A stretch of DNA of 64,000 nucleotides from assembly GCA_002319955.1 (NCBI GenBank), contig DCJS01000033.1:34582-98581 (forward strand). Reading direction: 5' to 3'. The stretch's first letter is position 1. The number at the start of each line of letters is the position of its first letter. The position numbers were made by a program, and so were the translations under genes. This stretch comes from Flavobacteriales bacterium UBA1694 (lineage in GTDB: Bacteria > Bacteroidota > Bacteroidia > Flavobacteriales > Weeksellaceae). The notes below the pieces were generated by a model. The model ran no database searches. It was not told where the DNA came from and worked only from the letters and a program-made list of their open reading frames with translations. Below are positions 48,040 through 57,043 of this stretch, one piece after another.

Positions 48040-48497
48040 GAAAAATCCTTTTAAATACGGTCTATTATGGCCTTATAGGTTTTGCACTAATCCAGTTTAT
48101 TCCAGTTAATCGTACAAACCCTCCTGTGAACGCTTCTGAGAATTTTGTTGAGGTCCTAAAGACCCCTAAGGAAGTTCGTGCGCTTCTTAGGACCTCGTGC
48201 TATGATTGCCACTCAAATGAAACTGTGTATCCGGATATTGCCTTTGTGGCACCTATTTCTTGGTCCATAAAGCATAATATAAATAAGGCTAGAACCCATC
48301 TGAATTTTTCGACCTGGAATGCGGCAAATAGGGATTTGAAAACCGATAGACTAGAGAATTCAATTGAGGTTGTAAAATCGAGTAAAATGCCTATTGCAGG
48401 CTATACAGCCCAGCATCCCAAGGCAAAATTAGACCCTAGAGAGCGTAAACTCTTAGTGGATTACTTTCAAGGGGTCCTAGATGAGGATGCCTACTAG
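48036..48497 (+). CDS. heme-binding-domain protein (Haem_bd-like)
   Basis: N-terminal TM helix, CYDCHSNETVYP, LNFSTW. Overlaps the previous gene by 4 nt (ATGA). Confidence 0.7.
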   Translation: MRKILLNTVYYGLIGFALIQFIPVNRTNPPVNASENFVEVLKTPKEVRALLRTSCYDCHSNETVYPDIAFVAPISWSIKHNINKARTHLNFSTWNAANRDLKTDRLENSIEVVKSSKMPIAGYTAQHPKAKLDPRERKLLVDYFQGVLDEDAY

Positions 48498-49015
48498 AGA
48501 TTGGCGTAGGAGTGAAGAAAAATTTTCTGAGATTCAAAGGCTAATTGGTCATACTCTATGGCGTCTAGTTTAATCCATTTTACCGCTGCAATTTCTTTAG
48601 GATCTTGCGTAGTTTCCAGAGGCTCCTCTATGATATACTCCATAAAGAGATCTAAGGTATGGTACTCAATACCCTTGTAAGGGTAGAGGTTTGGACCTGT
48701 TTGAAGCAGTCTTAAGGCTTTGGGATTAATGATAATATTTAATTCTTCATAAAGTTCACGCACACACGCCTGCTCGGCGCTCTCGTAGGGGTCGACAAAG
48801 CCTCCTGGAAGATCTAAGAGACCTTTGGATGGGTTTTGATTTCTGGTCGTAAAGAGAATCTTATCCTCATGACGCACAATTAGAGCCACAGCTGCGGCGC
48901 AGTTATGGTACAGTACAAAGTCACAATGCGTGCAATGCCAACGTTTCTCACCGTCCCACTCAGGACTCTTTTCTCCGCAGTTTGGACAGTAATTAAATTT
49001 GTTTTCTAAAGGCAT
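48494..49015 (-). CDS. NUDIX hydrolase with N-terminal zinc ribbon
   Basis: CPNCG...CTHC. Nudix box GGFVDPYESAEQACVRELYEELN. Confidence 0.85.
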   Translation of the reverse strand: MPLENKFNYCPNCGEKSPEWDGEKRWHCTHCDFVLYHNCAAAVALIVRHEDKILFTTRNQNPSKGLLDLPGGFVDPYESAEQACVRELYEELNIIINPKALRLLQTGPNLYPYKGIEYHTLDLFMEYIIEEPLETTQDPKEIAAVKWIKLDAIEYDQLAFESQKIFLHSYANL

Positions 49016-49917
49016 TATTTCGTGTTTCTAGGATGGAAATTTAAAATGACCTCTCGAAGTTCATCTGTATTTAAATGCGTGTAAATACCTGTAGTAGTTA
49101 TGCTTGAGTGCCCAAGCATCTCTTGAATGAACCGAAGGTCCGCCCCATTTTGTAGCAAATGTGTGGCGTACGAATGGCGAAAGGTGTGAGGGGATATTTT
49201 TTTGTGAATTCCCGCTTTTTCCGCTAGCTCTTTGATAATGATAAAGACAATGACCCGCGACATGGAGGAGCCTCGGCTGTTTAGAAACAGGTGGTCCTCA
49301 AATTTTTTATTTATTTTATAAGTAGAACGAATGTTCTTGATGTAATTTTTGATAAGCTTTGCGGTGTAGTCTGCTAAGGGGACAAAGCGCACTTTACTCC
49401 CTTTTCCTAGAACTTTTAAGTAGCCCTCTTTAAAATTGATATCCGATAGTTTGAGTTCTATTAATTCGGAGACGCGTAGACCGCAGCCGTAGAGCACTTC
49501 AATAATGCAAAAATTGCGCTGCCCAAGAGGGTTTTGAAGCTCCACGGCGGCAAGTAATTTTTCCACATCAGCAAAGCTTAAGGTGTCGGGGAGGTAGAGT
49601 CCTAATTTCGGGCCTTCTAAAAGAGTTGCGGGGTTGTCTGCCCGTTGTTCATCCTCCAAAAGGTATTTGAAAAAGGCTTTCGCAGAAGAAACCCACCGAG
49701 CCTGCGTGCGTTCGCTTAACTTTTCTTTGGATAGATGGTATAGAAATTCTTGAAGCTGTTCGTAACTAATGGTTTCTGGAGTCACTTGCAGTTCGCTCTG
49801 TGCAAAATCACTTAATTTTCGTAGATCACGGCGATACGCATCGATGGTATTGTCCGAAAATTGCCTCTCGAATTTTAGAAAAAGTTCAAAGTCATTAAGT
49901 TTTTCGCTCCAGCCCAT
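49015..49917 (-). CDS. xerD: tyrosine recombinase XerD/XerC type
   Basis: 300 aa. R...HTFRHSYATHLL...GHSSITTTGIYTH catalytic signature. Packed between housekeeping genes. Confidence 0.8.
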   Translation of the reverse strand: MGWSEKLNDFELFLKFERQFSDNTIDAYRRDLRKLSDFAQSELQVTPETISYEQLQEFLYHLSKEKLSERTQARWVSSAKAFFKYLLEDEQRADNPATLLEGPKLGLYLPDTLSFADVEKLLAAVELQNPLGQRNFCIIEVLYGCGLRVSELIELKLSDINFKEGYLKVLGKGSKVRFVPLADYTAKLIKNYIKNIRSTYKINKKFEDHLFLNSRGSSMSRVIVFIIIKELAEKAGIHKKISPHTFRHSYATHLLQNGADLRFIQEMLGHSSITTTGIYTHLNTDELREVILNFHPRNTK

Positions 49918-50352
49918 TTAGTTCGTTTTTGCGAGTTCGCTTTGGGTGATTTGAAGTGTTTGAACACCATGGCTTTGCAAAAATTCAATGCCTTGGTTGT
50001 CCGAGTAAGCATCTATATACACGACTCGGGCGATTCCAGCTTGCAAAACGAGTTTACTGCACTCTCGACACGGTGAAAGCGTAATGTATAAGGTGGCTCC
50101 TTTGGCGGATTGTGTGGAACTGGCTAATTTCAAGATGGCATTCGCCTCGGCATGAAGAACATACCAATGGGTTTCCCCCTGGCAGTCTTCGCACTGATTT
50201 TCGGAGCCTGAGGGGGTTCCGTTGTAGCCGTCTGAAATTATCATCCGGTCTTTTACGACCAGTGCCCCCACTTGCTTGCGTTTACAGTAGGAAAGTTGTG
50301 CCCATTCTTGAGCCATTTTTAAATACGCTCGATCAAATTTTGTCGCCTTCAC
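49918..50352 (-). CDS. dCMP deaminase (ComEB family)
   Basis: HAEANA and PCRECSK zinc-binding motifs. 144 aa. Confidence 0.85.
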   Translation of the reverse strand: MKATKFDRAYLKMAQEWAQLSYCKRKQVGALVVKDRMIISDGYNGTPSGSENQCEDCQGETHWYVLHAEANAILKLASSTQSAKGATLYITLSPCRECSKLVLQAGIARVVYIDAYSDNQGIEFLQSHGVQTLQITQSELAKTN

Positions 50353-50395
50353 AGGATTGGGAATTAGGTATTAAGCCCAAGGGGCTGTACTAGAT

Positions 50396-51166
50396 TTAAA
50401 AATTTGGTTTTCGTTTCTCTAAAAAGGCACTTACGCCTTCTTTTTTATCCTCAAGTTCAAAAAGGATTCCAAATTGCTCGATTTCAAACTCAAAGCCCTT
50501 GGCGGTATTGGATAAATTCACCGCTTTTATGGCGCGTTCAATGCCCTGGGGCGAATTGCGCGAAATGGTTTGTGCAAGTAAGATGGTTTGTGGGAGTAGG
50601 TCCTGCTGAGTAAAGACTTCATTGACGAGTCCAATTTCTTTCGCACGCTCCGCAGAAACCATTTTTGCTGAAAAAATGAGTTCATTCGCAAGGCCTTTTC
50701 CAACTAATTGAGGAAGTCTTTGAGTGCCTCCGTATCCGGGAATCAACCCTAAAGTCACTTCAGGCAGACCTAATTTTGCATTTTGCGAGGCATAGCGAAT
50801 ATGGCAAGCCATGGCAAGTTCAAGTCCACCGCCTAACGCAAAACCATTCACGGCGGCAATAACCGGCTTGGATAGATTTTCGATTTTATTAAAGAGTTTG
50901 TCTTGTCCACTTTGAGCAAGCTGCTGCGCCTCTTGCGTGGAGAAGTCACTAAATTCTTTGATGTCTGCGCCTGCAACAAAGGCCTTCTCGCCTTCCCCTG
51001 TAAGAATAATGACGCGGCAACTTTGGTCCTTTTCTGCTGCTTCTAGGGCCTGGGATAGCTCCTCAATGGTTTCGGAGTTTAGTGCATTTAGACTTTTGGG
51101 ACGGTTTATTGTTAGAAGTGTATAGCGGTCCTCTTTGGACACTAAGATGGTGTTGTAGGATTGCAT
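50396..51166 (-). CDS. enoyl-CoA hydratase (crotonase family)
   Basis: AFVAGADIKEF, AAVNGFALGGGLELAMACH. The ATG at 51166 is preferred over the TTG at 51196. Confidence 0.9.
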   Translation of the reverse strand: MQSYNTILVSKEDRYTLLTINRPKSLNALNSETIEELSQALEAAEKDQSCRVIILTGEGEKAFVAGADIKEFSDFSTQEAQQLAQSGQDKLFNKIENLSKPVIAAVNGFALGGGLELAMACHIRYASQNAKLGLPEVTLGLIPGYGGTQRLPQLVGKGLANELIFSAKMVSAERAKEIGLVNEVFTQQDLLPQTILLAQTISRNSPQGIERAIKAVNLSNTAKGFEFEIEQFGILFELEDKKEGVSAFLEKRKPNF

Positions 51167-51380
51167 GCGAAGTTCAATTTTTATTATAAGTTGCAAATTA
51201 CTTCTTTTTTCTCAATTCTCGAGTTCTCTTGGCGTTGTGAATGAGTAGAGTCCAATTCTCCACAGCAGTAGAGACTTTTTGAAATTGGGCGTGCTACCAA
51301 GGATAGGAGGCTCGCAAATACCGAGATCTCCATCCGTGGTTTTGGATTTGGTGTCAGTCTTTATTCTCTAGAAAAACGCC

Positions 51381-51388
51381 TATATTTG
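51381..51388 (+). promoter_or_regulatory. Bacteroidota-type -7 promoter box
   Basis: Exact TAnnTTTG (TATATTTG) 20 nt upstream of the ATG at 51409. Confidence 0.45.
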
Positions 51389-51408
51389 CAAGTGCTAATA
51401 CATATTAA

Positions 51409-52356
51409 ATGAATATTCAACAGCTCGAATATCTTATTGCGGTGGATAAATTCCGCCATTTCGGAAAAGCCGCTCAAGCCTGCTTTATCACGCAGCCTAC
51501 TTTAAGTGCGATGATTCAAAAATTCGAAGAGGAATTGGACGTCAAGGTGTTTGACCGAACGACGCATCCGATTAGAACCACGGATGTTGGTGTTGAAATT
51601 ATCATCCAGGCCAAGAAAGTGATCGATGCAGTCAATGAACTTCGAAGTAAAGCCGATTTATTGAATAATGTCCTTGGAGGAAAAATCACCATAGGGATTA
51701 TTCCGACCATTTCGACTTATATATTACCTTCTGAGATTTTCGATTTTCTTTCCTTGAATGATAAGATCGAGATGAAAGTGAAGGAGTTGACTACGGACGG
51801 GATCATTAAGGGTTTAAAATCCGGTGAGTTGGATGCTGGAATCATATCCACGCCGTATGACGGGGCAAACGAGTTTTACCATGAGTTCTTATTTAATGAA
51901 GAGCTAATGGTCTATTCTAGTGATGTTACCTCAAAGAAGGATAGTTTTGTCGTTCCAGAAGAAATGGATGCGGAGAAGATATGGCTATTAGAAGAAGGAA
52001 ACTGCCTTCGGACTCAATTTGAGTCGATTTGCAAGTTAAAGGAGAACACCTTAAAACCTAAGAACTTAGAGTTTTTAGCTTCAAATATTAATACCTTAGT
52101 CCAGATGGTGGATCGCGTTGGCGGGATTACGGTGATTCCCGAGCTCGCTCAGGGGCAACTTTCTTTGGAGCAGACCGAAAAATTATACCGCTTTAGAAAA
52201 CCTTTCCCATACCGGGAAGTGAGTTTAATTTACTATAAGCCTACGTATAAACAAAAGATAATTGACGAGTTGGTTCAAGCAATCAGGAGTTCAGTAGAGC
52301 CAAAATTGAATTATAATAAGGCCCCAGAGGACTTTCTTGGTGTGAAACCTCAGTAA
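51409..52356 (+). CDS. oxyR: LysR-family regulator, OxyR-like
   Basis: N-terminal HTH (FGKAAQACFITQPTLS). Cys pair with OxyR spacing (EEGNCLRTQFESIC, i.e. C-x8-C as in E. coli C199/C208). Confidence 0.75.
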   Translation: MNIQQLEYLIAVDKFRHFGKAAQACFITQPTLSAMIQKFEEELDVKVFDRTTHPIRTTDVGVEIIIQAKKVIDAVNELRSKADLLNNVLGGKITIGIIPTISTYILPSEIFDFLSLNDKIEMKVKELTTDGIIKGLKSGELDAGIISTPYDGANEFYHEFLFNEELMVYSSDVTSKKDSFVVPEEMDAEKIWLLEEGNCLRTQFESICKLKENTLKPKNLEFLASNINTLVQMVDRVGGITVIPELAQGQLSLEQTEKLYRFRKPFPYREVSLIYYKPTYKQKIIDELVQAIRSSVEPKLNYNKAPEDFLGVKPQ

Positions 52357-52400
52357 ATGAAATGAGCCTCAGTTTTTTTGCAGAGTTGGAATATAGTCTG

Positions 52401-52408
52401 TAAATTTG
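52401..52408 (+). promoter_or_regulatory. Bacteroidota-type -7 promoter box (long metK leader)
   Basis: Exact TAnnTTTG (TAAATTTG) 135 nt upstream of the metK ATG. Confidence 0.4.
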
Positions 52409-52419
52409 CCTTGTGAATT

Positions 52420-52468
52420 GAGAGGAAAAATTTGAGCTGATTGCAACCTCCTTAAAAAATGCTAAAAC
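52420..52468 (+). promoter_or_regulatory. candidate SAM-responsive pseudoknot element (SAM-II/SAM-V-like), unverified
   Basis: GAGG/CCUC hairpin whose loop (GAGCUGAUUGCAA) can pair with the A-rich tail AAAAAAUGCUAAAA. It lies in the metK leader. Confidence 0.3.
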
Positions 52469-52495
52469 AGAACTTTTTCTATTTTAGTTTCTTTT
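52462..52495 (+). terminator. candidate leader (attenuator) hairpin
   Basis: cuaaaacagaa / uucuauuuuag form 10 AU-rich base pairs with one mismatch and a 4-nt loop, followed by UUUCUUUUG. Confidence 0.3.
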
Positions 52496-52543
52496 GCAAT
52501 CTCCCTTTTTTCCTACGTTTAATTTGTAATATAAGAAACTTAT

Positions 52544-53821
52544 ATGCCTTATTTATTTACGTCTGAGTCTGTCTCTGAGGGGCATCCAGATAAAATCGCG
52601 GACCAAATATCGGACGCCTTAATTGATAACTTCCTTGCCTACGATTCAGAATCGAAAGTGGCATGCGAAACCTTAGTAACCACGGGTCAGGTTGTCTTAG
52701 CCGGAGAAGTGAAATCTACCACCTATTTAGATGTCCAATCTATTGCTCGTGATGTCATCAACCAAATTGGTTACACCAAGGGTGAATATATGTTTGCAGG
52801 AGACTCCTGCGGGGTTATCTCTGCCATTCACGACCAGTCGCCTGACATTAACCAGGGTGTGGACCGCGCTGCTTTGGGTGAAGATTTTGAACAACGAGCG
52901 AATGCTCAAGGGGCCGGAGACCAAGGAATGATGTTTGGCTATGCCACAAATGAAACGCAGAACTATATGCCTTTGGCTTTAGATCTTGCGCATACCATTT
53001 TAAAAGAATTGTCTCAGCTAAGAAAAGAGGGTATAATCAAATACCTACGTCCGGATTCAAAATCACAAGTCACTATTGAATATTCTGATTCGCACAAGCC
53101 AATTCGGATTGATTCTATAGTGGTGTCTACGCAACATGACGAATTTGGAAGCGATCAAGAGATGCTCGCAAAAATCCGTAAAGACATGATTGATATTCTA
53201 ATTCCTAGAGTGAAAGCGAAGCAAAAACTCGACGTTCAAGATTTATTTAACGATCAGATCAAATACCATATCAACCCAACTGGAAAATTCGTAATCGGAG
53301 GTCCACATGGCGATACCGGCCTAACGGGTCGTAAAATCATTGTTGACACCTACGGTGGAAAAGGGGCCCACGGGGGTGGTGCATTTTCAGGGAAAGACCC
53401 TTCAAAGGTCGATCGAAGTGCTGCCTATGCGACACGACATATCGCGAAGAACTTAGTAGCCGCAGGCGTGGCTGACGAAGTTCTCGTTCAGGTCTCTTAC
53501 GCCATCGGGGTGGCAGAGCCATGTGGATTAAATATCTCCACGAACGGCACTGCAAAAGTGGCGTTAAGCGACAGCGAAATTGCAAGTCGAGTGTCAGAAC
53601 TTTTTGATCTACGTCCTTATGCAATTGAACAGAATTTGAAGCTAAGAAACCCAATTTATTTAGAAACAGCGGCCTATGGACACATGGGACGAGAACATTA
53701 TATTGGTAACAAGACCTTTAATAAGGGTAAAGCTAATGAGCTTACCGTTGAAGGACTTGAGTTTTTCACATGGGAAAAACTAGACCGCCAAGAGGAAATA
53801 AAAGCAAAATTCGGTCTCTAG
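52544..53821 (+). CDS. metK: methionine adenosyltransferase
   Basis: 425 aa. [39 protein letters not shown]. Confidence 0.95.
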   Translation: MPYLFTSESVSEGHPDKIADQISDALIDNFLAYDSESKVACETLVTTGQVVLAGEVKSTTYLDVQSIARDVINQIGYTKGEYMFAGDSCGVISAIHDQSPDINQGVDRAALGEDFEQRANAQGAGDQGMMFGYATNETQNYMPLALDLAHTILKELSQLRKEGIIKYLRPDSKSQVTIEYSDSHKPIRIDSIVVSTQHDEFGSDQEMLAKIRKDMIDILIPRVKAKQKLDVQDLFNDQIKYHINPTGKFVIGGPHGDTGLTGRKIIVDTYGGKGAHGGGAFSGKDPSKVDRSAAYATRHIAKNLVAAGVADEVLVQVSYAIGVAEPCGLNISTNGTAKVALSDSEIASRVSELFDLRPYAIEQNLKLRNPIYLETAAYGHMGREHYIGNKTFNKGKANELTVEGLEFFTWEKLDRQEEIKAKFGL

Positions 53822-53848
53822 CTTACGAACTGGAGACCTAAATTCTTT

Positions 53849-53881
53849 GCCCCTGAATCTATTCGGGGGCTCTTTTTTTTT
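53849..53881 (+). terminator. rho-independent terminator
   Basis: gcccctgaat / attcgggggc stem followed by a long T-run. Confidence 0.8.
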
Positions 53882-53908
53882 ACTTGGGAGACTTATGAGA
53901 TCTTTTTT

Positions 53909-53916
53909 TAAATTTG
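53909..53916 (+). promoter_or_regulatory. Bacteroidota-type -7 promoter box
   Basis: Exact TAnnTTTG (TAAATTTG) 17 nt upstream of the ATG at 53934. Confidence 0.45.
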
Positions 53917-53933
53917 CTTAAATATAATTTGTA

Positions 53934-54416
53934 ATGAAACCAGTGCTTATCTGTCTTTTTTTTATGCTTTCCTTGAGTCCGTTACGCGCGCAGCTTACTG
54001 TGCATAAAATGGCCCATGTGGGGTATGTTTACCAGAATCAAAGCTTTGGTGAGCTCGGTCTTCGGGCCTTACTGCTTAAAAATGACGATGTGCTTTACCG
54101 CCTCGGAGCCTCAGCACTAGTTGGGTCAAGTAATAGTAAACTGCATGTGATGCCAAAATTACAGACAGATATTTTGCTTAATTTTCAGCGGGGTGTTGAT
54201 TTTTACCACGCGTATTATTTTCTTGCAGGAGCTGAATTAACCCCAAAGTATATTGCTCCAAAGATTGGAGTCTCCTTGTTTGGTATCCTTGATTTAACCG
54301 GGGGCTACGGCTTCTCTATTGATAAAGAGGGATTAAATGGCAAAACCCTAGAAGGTCTAAATATCAATGCGACTCTCAGCATTCCCTTTGTAATGATAAA
54401 AGATGTCTTGCACTAA
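53934..54416 (+). CDS. secreted/outer-membrane hypothetical protein
   Basis: Signal peptide (SLSPLRAQ). 160 aa, beta-rich. No motif recognised. Confidence 0.5.
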   Translation: MKPVLICLFFMLSLSPLRAQLTVHKMAHVGYVYQNQSFGELGLRALLLKNDDVLYRLGASALVGSSNSKLHVMPKLQTDILLNFQRGVDFYHAYYFLAGAELTPKYIAPKIGVSLFGILDLTGGYGFSIDKEGLNGKTLEGLNINATLSIPFVMIKDVLH

Positions 54417-54489
54417 TTTCCTTATTTTTTTCTAACGCCACAATGAATGGAGTGCCTATTTAACTCCCTGCAAACTCAAGGGGTTTGCG

Positions 54490-54497
54490 TAAATTTG
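54490..54497 (+). promoter_or_regulatory. Bacteroidota-type -7 promoter box (near-leaderless geometry)
   Basis: Exact TAnnTTTG (TAAATTTG) 5 nt upstream of the ATG at 54503. Confidence 0.4.
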
Positions 54498-54502
54498 ACC
54501 CT

Positions 54503-55195
54503 ATGATAAAACACTTATTTTTCGATTTGGATAACACCCTTTGGGACCATAGAAAGAATGCAAAACTTACTTTGACAGATCTTTTTAAACGTGAGGCAAT
54601 AGAGGAGACCTACGGCGTTAAATTTGAAGAATTTTATCAGGAATATTATACGGTAAATGAAAACCTTTGGGCAAAGATTCGCGAGGGGTCAATTGATAAA
54701 GCGTATTTAAGAACCCACCGGTTTTTGGATACATTTCGGGCGTTTGAGATTGAGGATGCCAAGCTTGCAGCCAGTTTTGAGAATCAGTTCTTAGATGAAA
54801 TCCTCTACTATAATGAACTTGTGCCCGGGGCCTTTGATCTTCTGGAATATTTGACCGCAAAGGGCTATGAAATGCATATACTTTCGAATGGATTTGAGGA
54901 AGTGACTGCTCGCAAGTGTGAACTCTCGGGAATTAAATCCTATTTTAAAACCATCACAAGTGCGGATGAAATTGAGATTCGTAAACCGGATCCAAAGATT
55001 TTTCAATGGGCGTTTGATAAATCACAGGCCACCCCAGAAAGCTCAATTTATATCGGAGACGATTGGATTGCTGATATCGAAGGGGCACTGGGCTTTGGGA
55101 TGCGCGCCATCTATTTTGATGTGTTCGAGGACCGCTACACCGCTCCTGGTGTGGAGGTTGTTCGCTCGTTAGAGGAAATCCACAGTTTATTATAA
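54503..55195 (+). CDS. HAD-superfamily hydrolase (YjjG-like nucleotidase subfamily)
   Basis: FFDLDNTLWD (motif I), SNG (motif II), GDDWIADI (motif IV). The ATG at 54503 is preferred over the TTG at 54485. Confidence 0.85.
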   Translation: MIKHLFFDLDNTLWDHRKNAKLTLTDLFKREAIEETYGVKFEEFYQEYYTVNENLWAKIREGSIDKAYLRTHRFLDTFRAFEIEDAKLAASFENQFLDEILYYNELVPGAFDLLEYLTAKGYEMHILSNGFEEVTARKCELSGIKSYFKTITSADEIEIRKPDPKIFQWAFDKSQATPESSIYIGDDWIADIEGALGFGMRAIYFDVFEDRYTAPGVEVVRSLEEIHSLL

Positions 55196-55256
55196 GGACT
55201 CGCTTTGCGTATGTAAGATGCATACTTAAGATTAGGGGACTGATTCCCTTAAAATA

Positions 55257-55297
55257 GCACGACCCCTGGATCTCGAGTCCAGGGGTCGTGCTTTTAA
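55257..55297. terminator. bidirectional terminator between convergent genes
   Basis: gcacgacccctgga / tccaggggtcgtgc form a perfect GC-rich 14-bp stem with a 7-nt loop and flanking A/T runs. Confidence 0.85.
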
Positions 55298-55310
55298 GTA
55301 GGTTTTTAGA

Positions 55311-56279
55311 TTAGAACCCGATACTTTCGCGAACACGTGAAAGGGTCTCGTTTGCAACCTTACTTGTTTTCTCTGCGCCTCCGAGGAGAATTTCGTCTAA
55401 TTCCTCAAGGTGGTTCATGTAGTAATGGAAGCGCTCGCGCTCTTTTTCGTAAGTGGTAAGAATAAGTTCTAGAAGCTCTTTCTTTGCGTGCCCGTAGCCG
55501 TAGTTCCCCGCCAAGTATTTTTCTCGTAGGGTCTTCGTCTGCTGCTCGGAGGCAATGAGCTGGTAGATGGCAAAGACTTTATCGGTGTCTGGATTCTTAG
55601 GGTCTTCTAAAGGAGTCGAATCCGTTTCGATTGACATAACCTGTTTTTTCAGTTCCTTCTCAGGAAGAAAAATGTTGATGATGTTTCCTCGTGATTTTGA
55701 CATTTTGTTTCCGTCGGTTCCAGGAACATACTTGGTATTTTCTTGGAGTTCCGCTTGAGGTAGCACAAAGACCTCCCCCATTTGGTTGTTGAAGCGCGAT
55801 CCCATGTCGCGAGCCATTTCTAAATGCTGAAGCTGGTCTTTTCCTACGGGAACAATTTCAGCATCGTAAAGCAGAATGTCTGCAGCCATTAGGACTGGAT
55901 ACGTGAAAAGCCCTGCGTTTACGTCTTCCATACGCTCTGACTTGTCTTTAAATGAATGGGCTAAAGTAAGGCGTTGGTAGGGGAAGAAACAGCTCAAGTG
56001 CCAAGCCAGTTCGCAGGCCTGTGGCACATCACTTTGTCTATAAAAATGGGTGCGCTGTGGATCTAGTCCGCAGGCAAGCCAAGCAGCGGCAATCTCGTAA
56101 GTGTTCTGTTTAAGAACCTTTGCATCTTTTATAAAAGTAAGGGAATGTAAATTCGCAATAAAAAGAAACGATTCGTTATTCGGATCTTTTGAAAGTTCAA
56201 TGGCCGGAAAAATTGCCCCGAGCAGGTTACCCAAGTGCGGTGTTCCTGTGGCCTGGATTCCAGTGAGTATTCTTGACAT
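55311..56279 (-). CDS. trpS: tryptophan--tRNA ligase
   Basis: 322 aa. TGTPHLGNLLGA (HIGH region) and KMSKS. Confidence 0.95.
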   Translation of the reverse strand: MSRILTGIQATGTPHLGNLLGAIFPAIELSKDPNNESFLFIANLHSLTFIKDAKVLKQNTYEIAAAWLACGLDPQRTHFYRQSDVPQACELAWHLSCFFPYQRLTLAHSFKDKSERMEDVNAGLFTYPVLMAADILLYDAEIVPVGKDQLQHLEMARDMGSRFNNQMGEVFVLPQAELQENTKYVPGTDGNKMSKSRGNIINIFLPEKELKKQVMSIETDSTPLEDPKNPDTDKVFAIYQLIASEQQTKTLREKYLAGNYGYGHAKKELLELILTTYEKERERFHYYMNHLEELDEILLGGAEKTSKVANETLSRVRESIGF

Positions 56280-56296
56280 TTTTATTGTGTTGAATG

Positions 56297-56328
56297 GGAA
56301 AAAGCCTCAACCTATTAAATTGAAGGCT
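56297..56328 (-). terminator. probable terminator after lspA
   Basis: Minus strand: agccttcaa / ttgaggct stem (one bulge) followed by TTTTT. Confidence 0.55.
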
Positions 56329-56335
56329 GGTTAAC

Positions 56336-56983
56336 TTAAAAATCCATCCCGTGTGGGAAGGCCTTTTTTCGAAAGACGAGAAGCATTAAAGCGCCAAGCG
56401 TTATGGCAGAATCTGCGACATTGAAAATATACTTAAAAAATTCAATTTGTTTCCCTCCGATCAGTGGCCAAGATTCTGGCACCTGCCAATCGACTAATGG
56501 AAAATGAAACATATCCACAACGCAGCCTTTCATAAAGGAGGCGTAGCCCTGCCCAAAGGGGGCTAATTCGGAAACACCGCCGTAGTCAATCCATCGGCCG
56601 ATACTTGAATCAAAAACAGTTCCGCTGTCGAACAGCATACCGTAGAACATGCCGTCAATTAAGTTTCCAATTGCGCCGGCAAAGATAAATGCCATTGGGA
56701 TCAGTAAGTAATTGGATGTCAGTCCTTGCTTAATCCATTTGTTGAATAGGTAAACCATTGCACCAATAAGGACTATTCGGACAATCACCAGGAAATACTT
56801 TCCAAGAAGTCCTCCGAAATGTAGGCCGTACGCCATACCTGGGTTCTCAACAAAGGTTAATCGAAACCAATCGAGTCCAAAAACAGGGAGGCTCTCTCCC
56901 AATTGGAAATTCGTTTTAATATAATACTTTGAGACCTGGTCAATGACCAGAATAATCAAAGTGATCAAAGTGATTTTTTTCAT
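56336..56983 (-). CDS. lspA: lipoprotein signal peptidase (signal peptidase II)
   Basis: VENPGMAYG and FNVADS catalytic Asp regions. 215 aa, longer than typical. Confidence 0.85.
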   Translation of the reverse strand: MKKITLITLIILVIDQVSKYYIKTNFQLGESLPVFGLDWFRLTFVENPGMAYGLHFGGLLGKYFLVIVRIVLIGAMVYLFNKWIKQGLTSNYLLIPMAFIFAGAIGNLIDGMFYGMLFDSGTVFDSSIGRWIDYGGVSELAPFGQGYASFMKGCVVDMFHFPLVDWQVPESWPLIGGKQIEFFKYIFNVADSAITLGALMLLVFRKKAFPHGMDF

Positions 56984-57043
56984 AATTCCATAAAATGCCT
57001 ACTGCGCGTGTCCTCGATGTCTACAAGGTCAACGGAAAGTAAT

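Noticed and set aside
49015-49917. Tyrosine recombinase as a marker of an integrated mobile element
   Set aside because: It is wedged with 0-1 nt spacing between dCMP deaminase and a NUDIX hydrolase. There is no flanking tRNA, direct repeats or cargo. This is consistent with chromosomal XerD/XerC.
51184-51333. 49-codon minus-strand ORF in the oxyR upstream spacer
   Set aside because: It is below the ORF-track threshold and has no promoter box in front and no recognisable features. It would run through the promoter region of the enoyl-CoA hydratase gene. It is kept only as a note under the spacer finding.
52420-52470. Classical SAM-I (S-box) riboswitch in the metK leader
   Set aside because: GCAACC and UGCUAAA-like strings are present. 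However, the four-helix S-box layout, the kink-turn and the GAGGGA/GGCCC elements are missing, and the element is too short.
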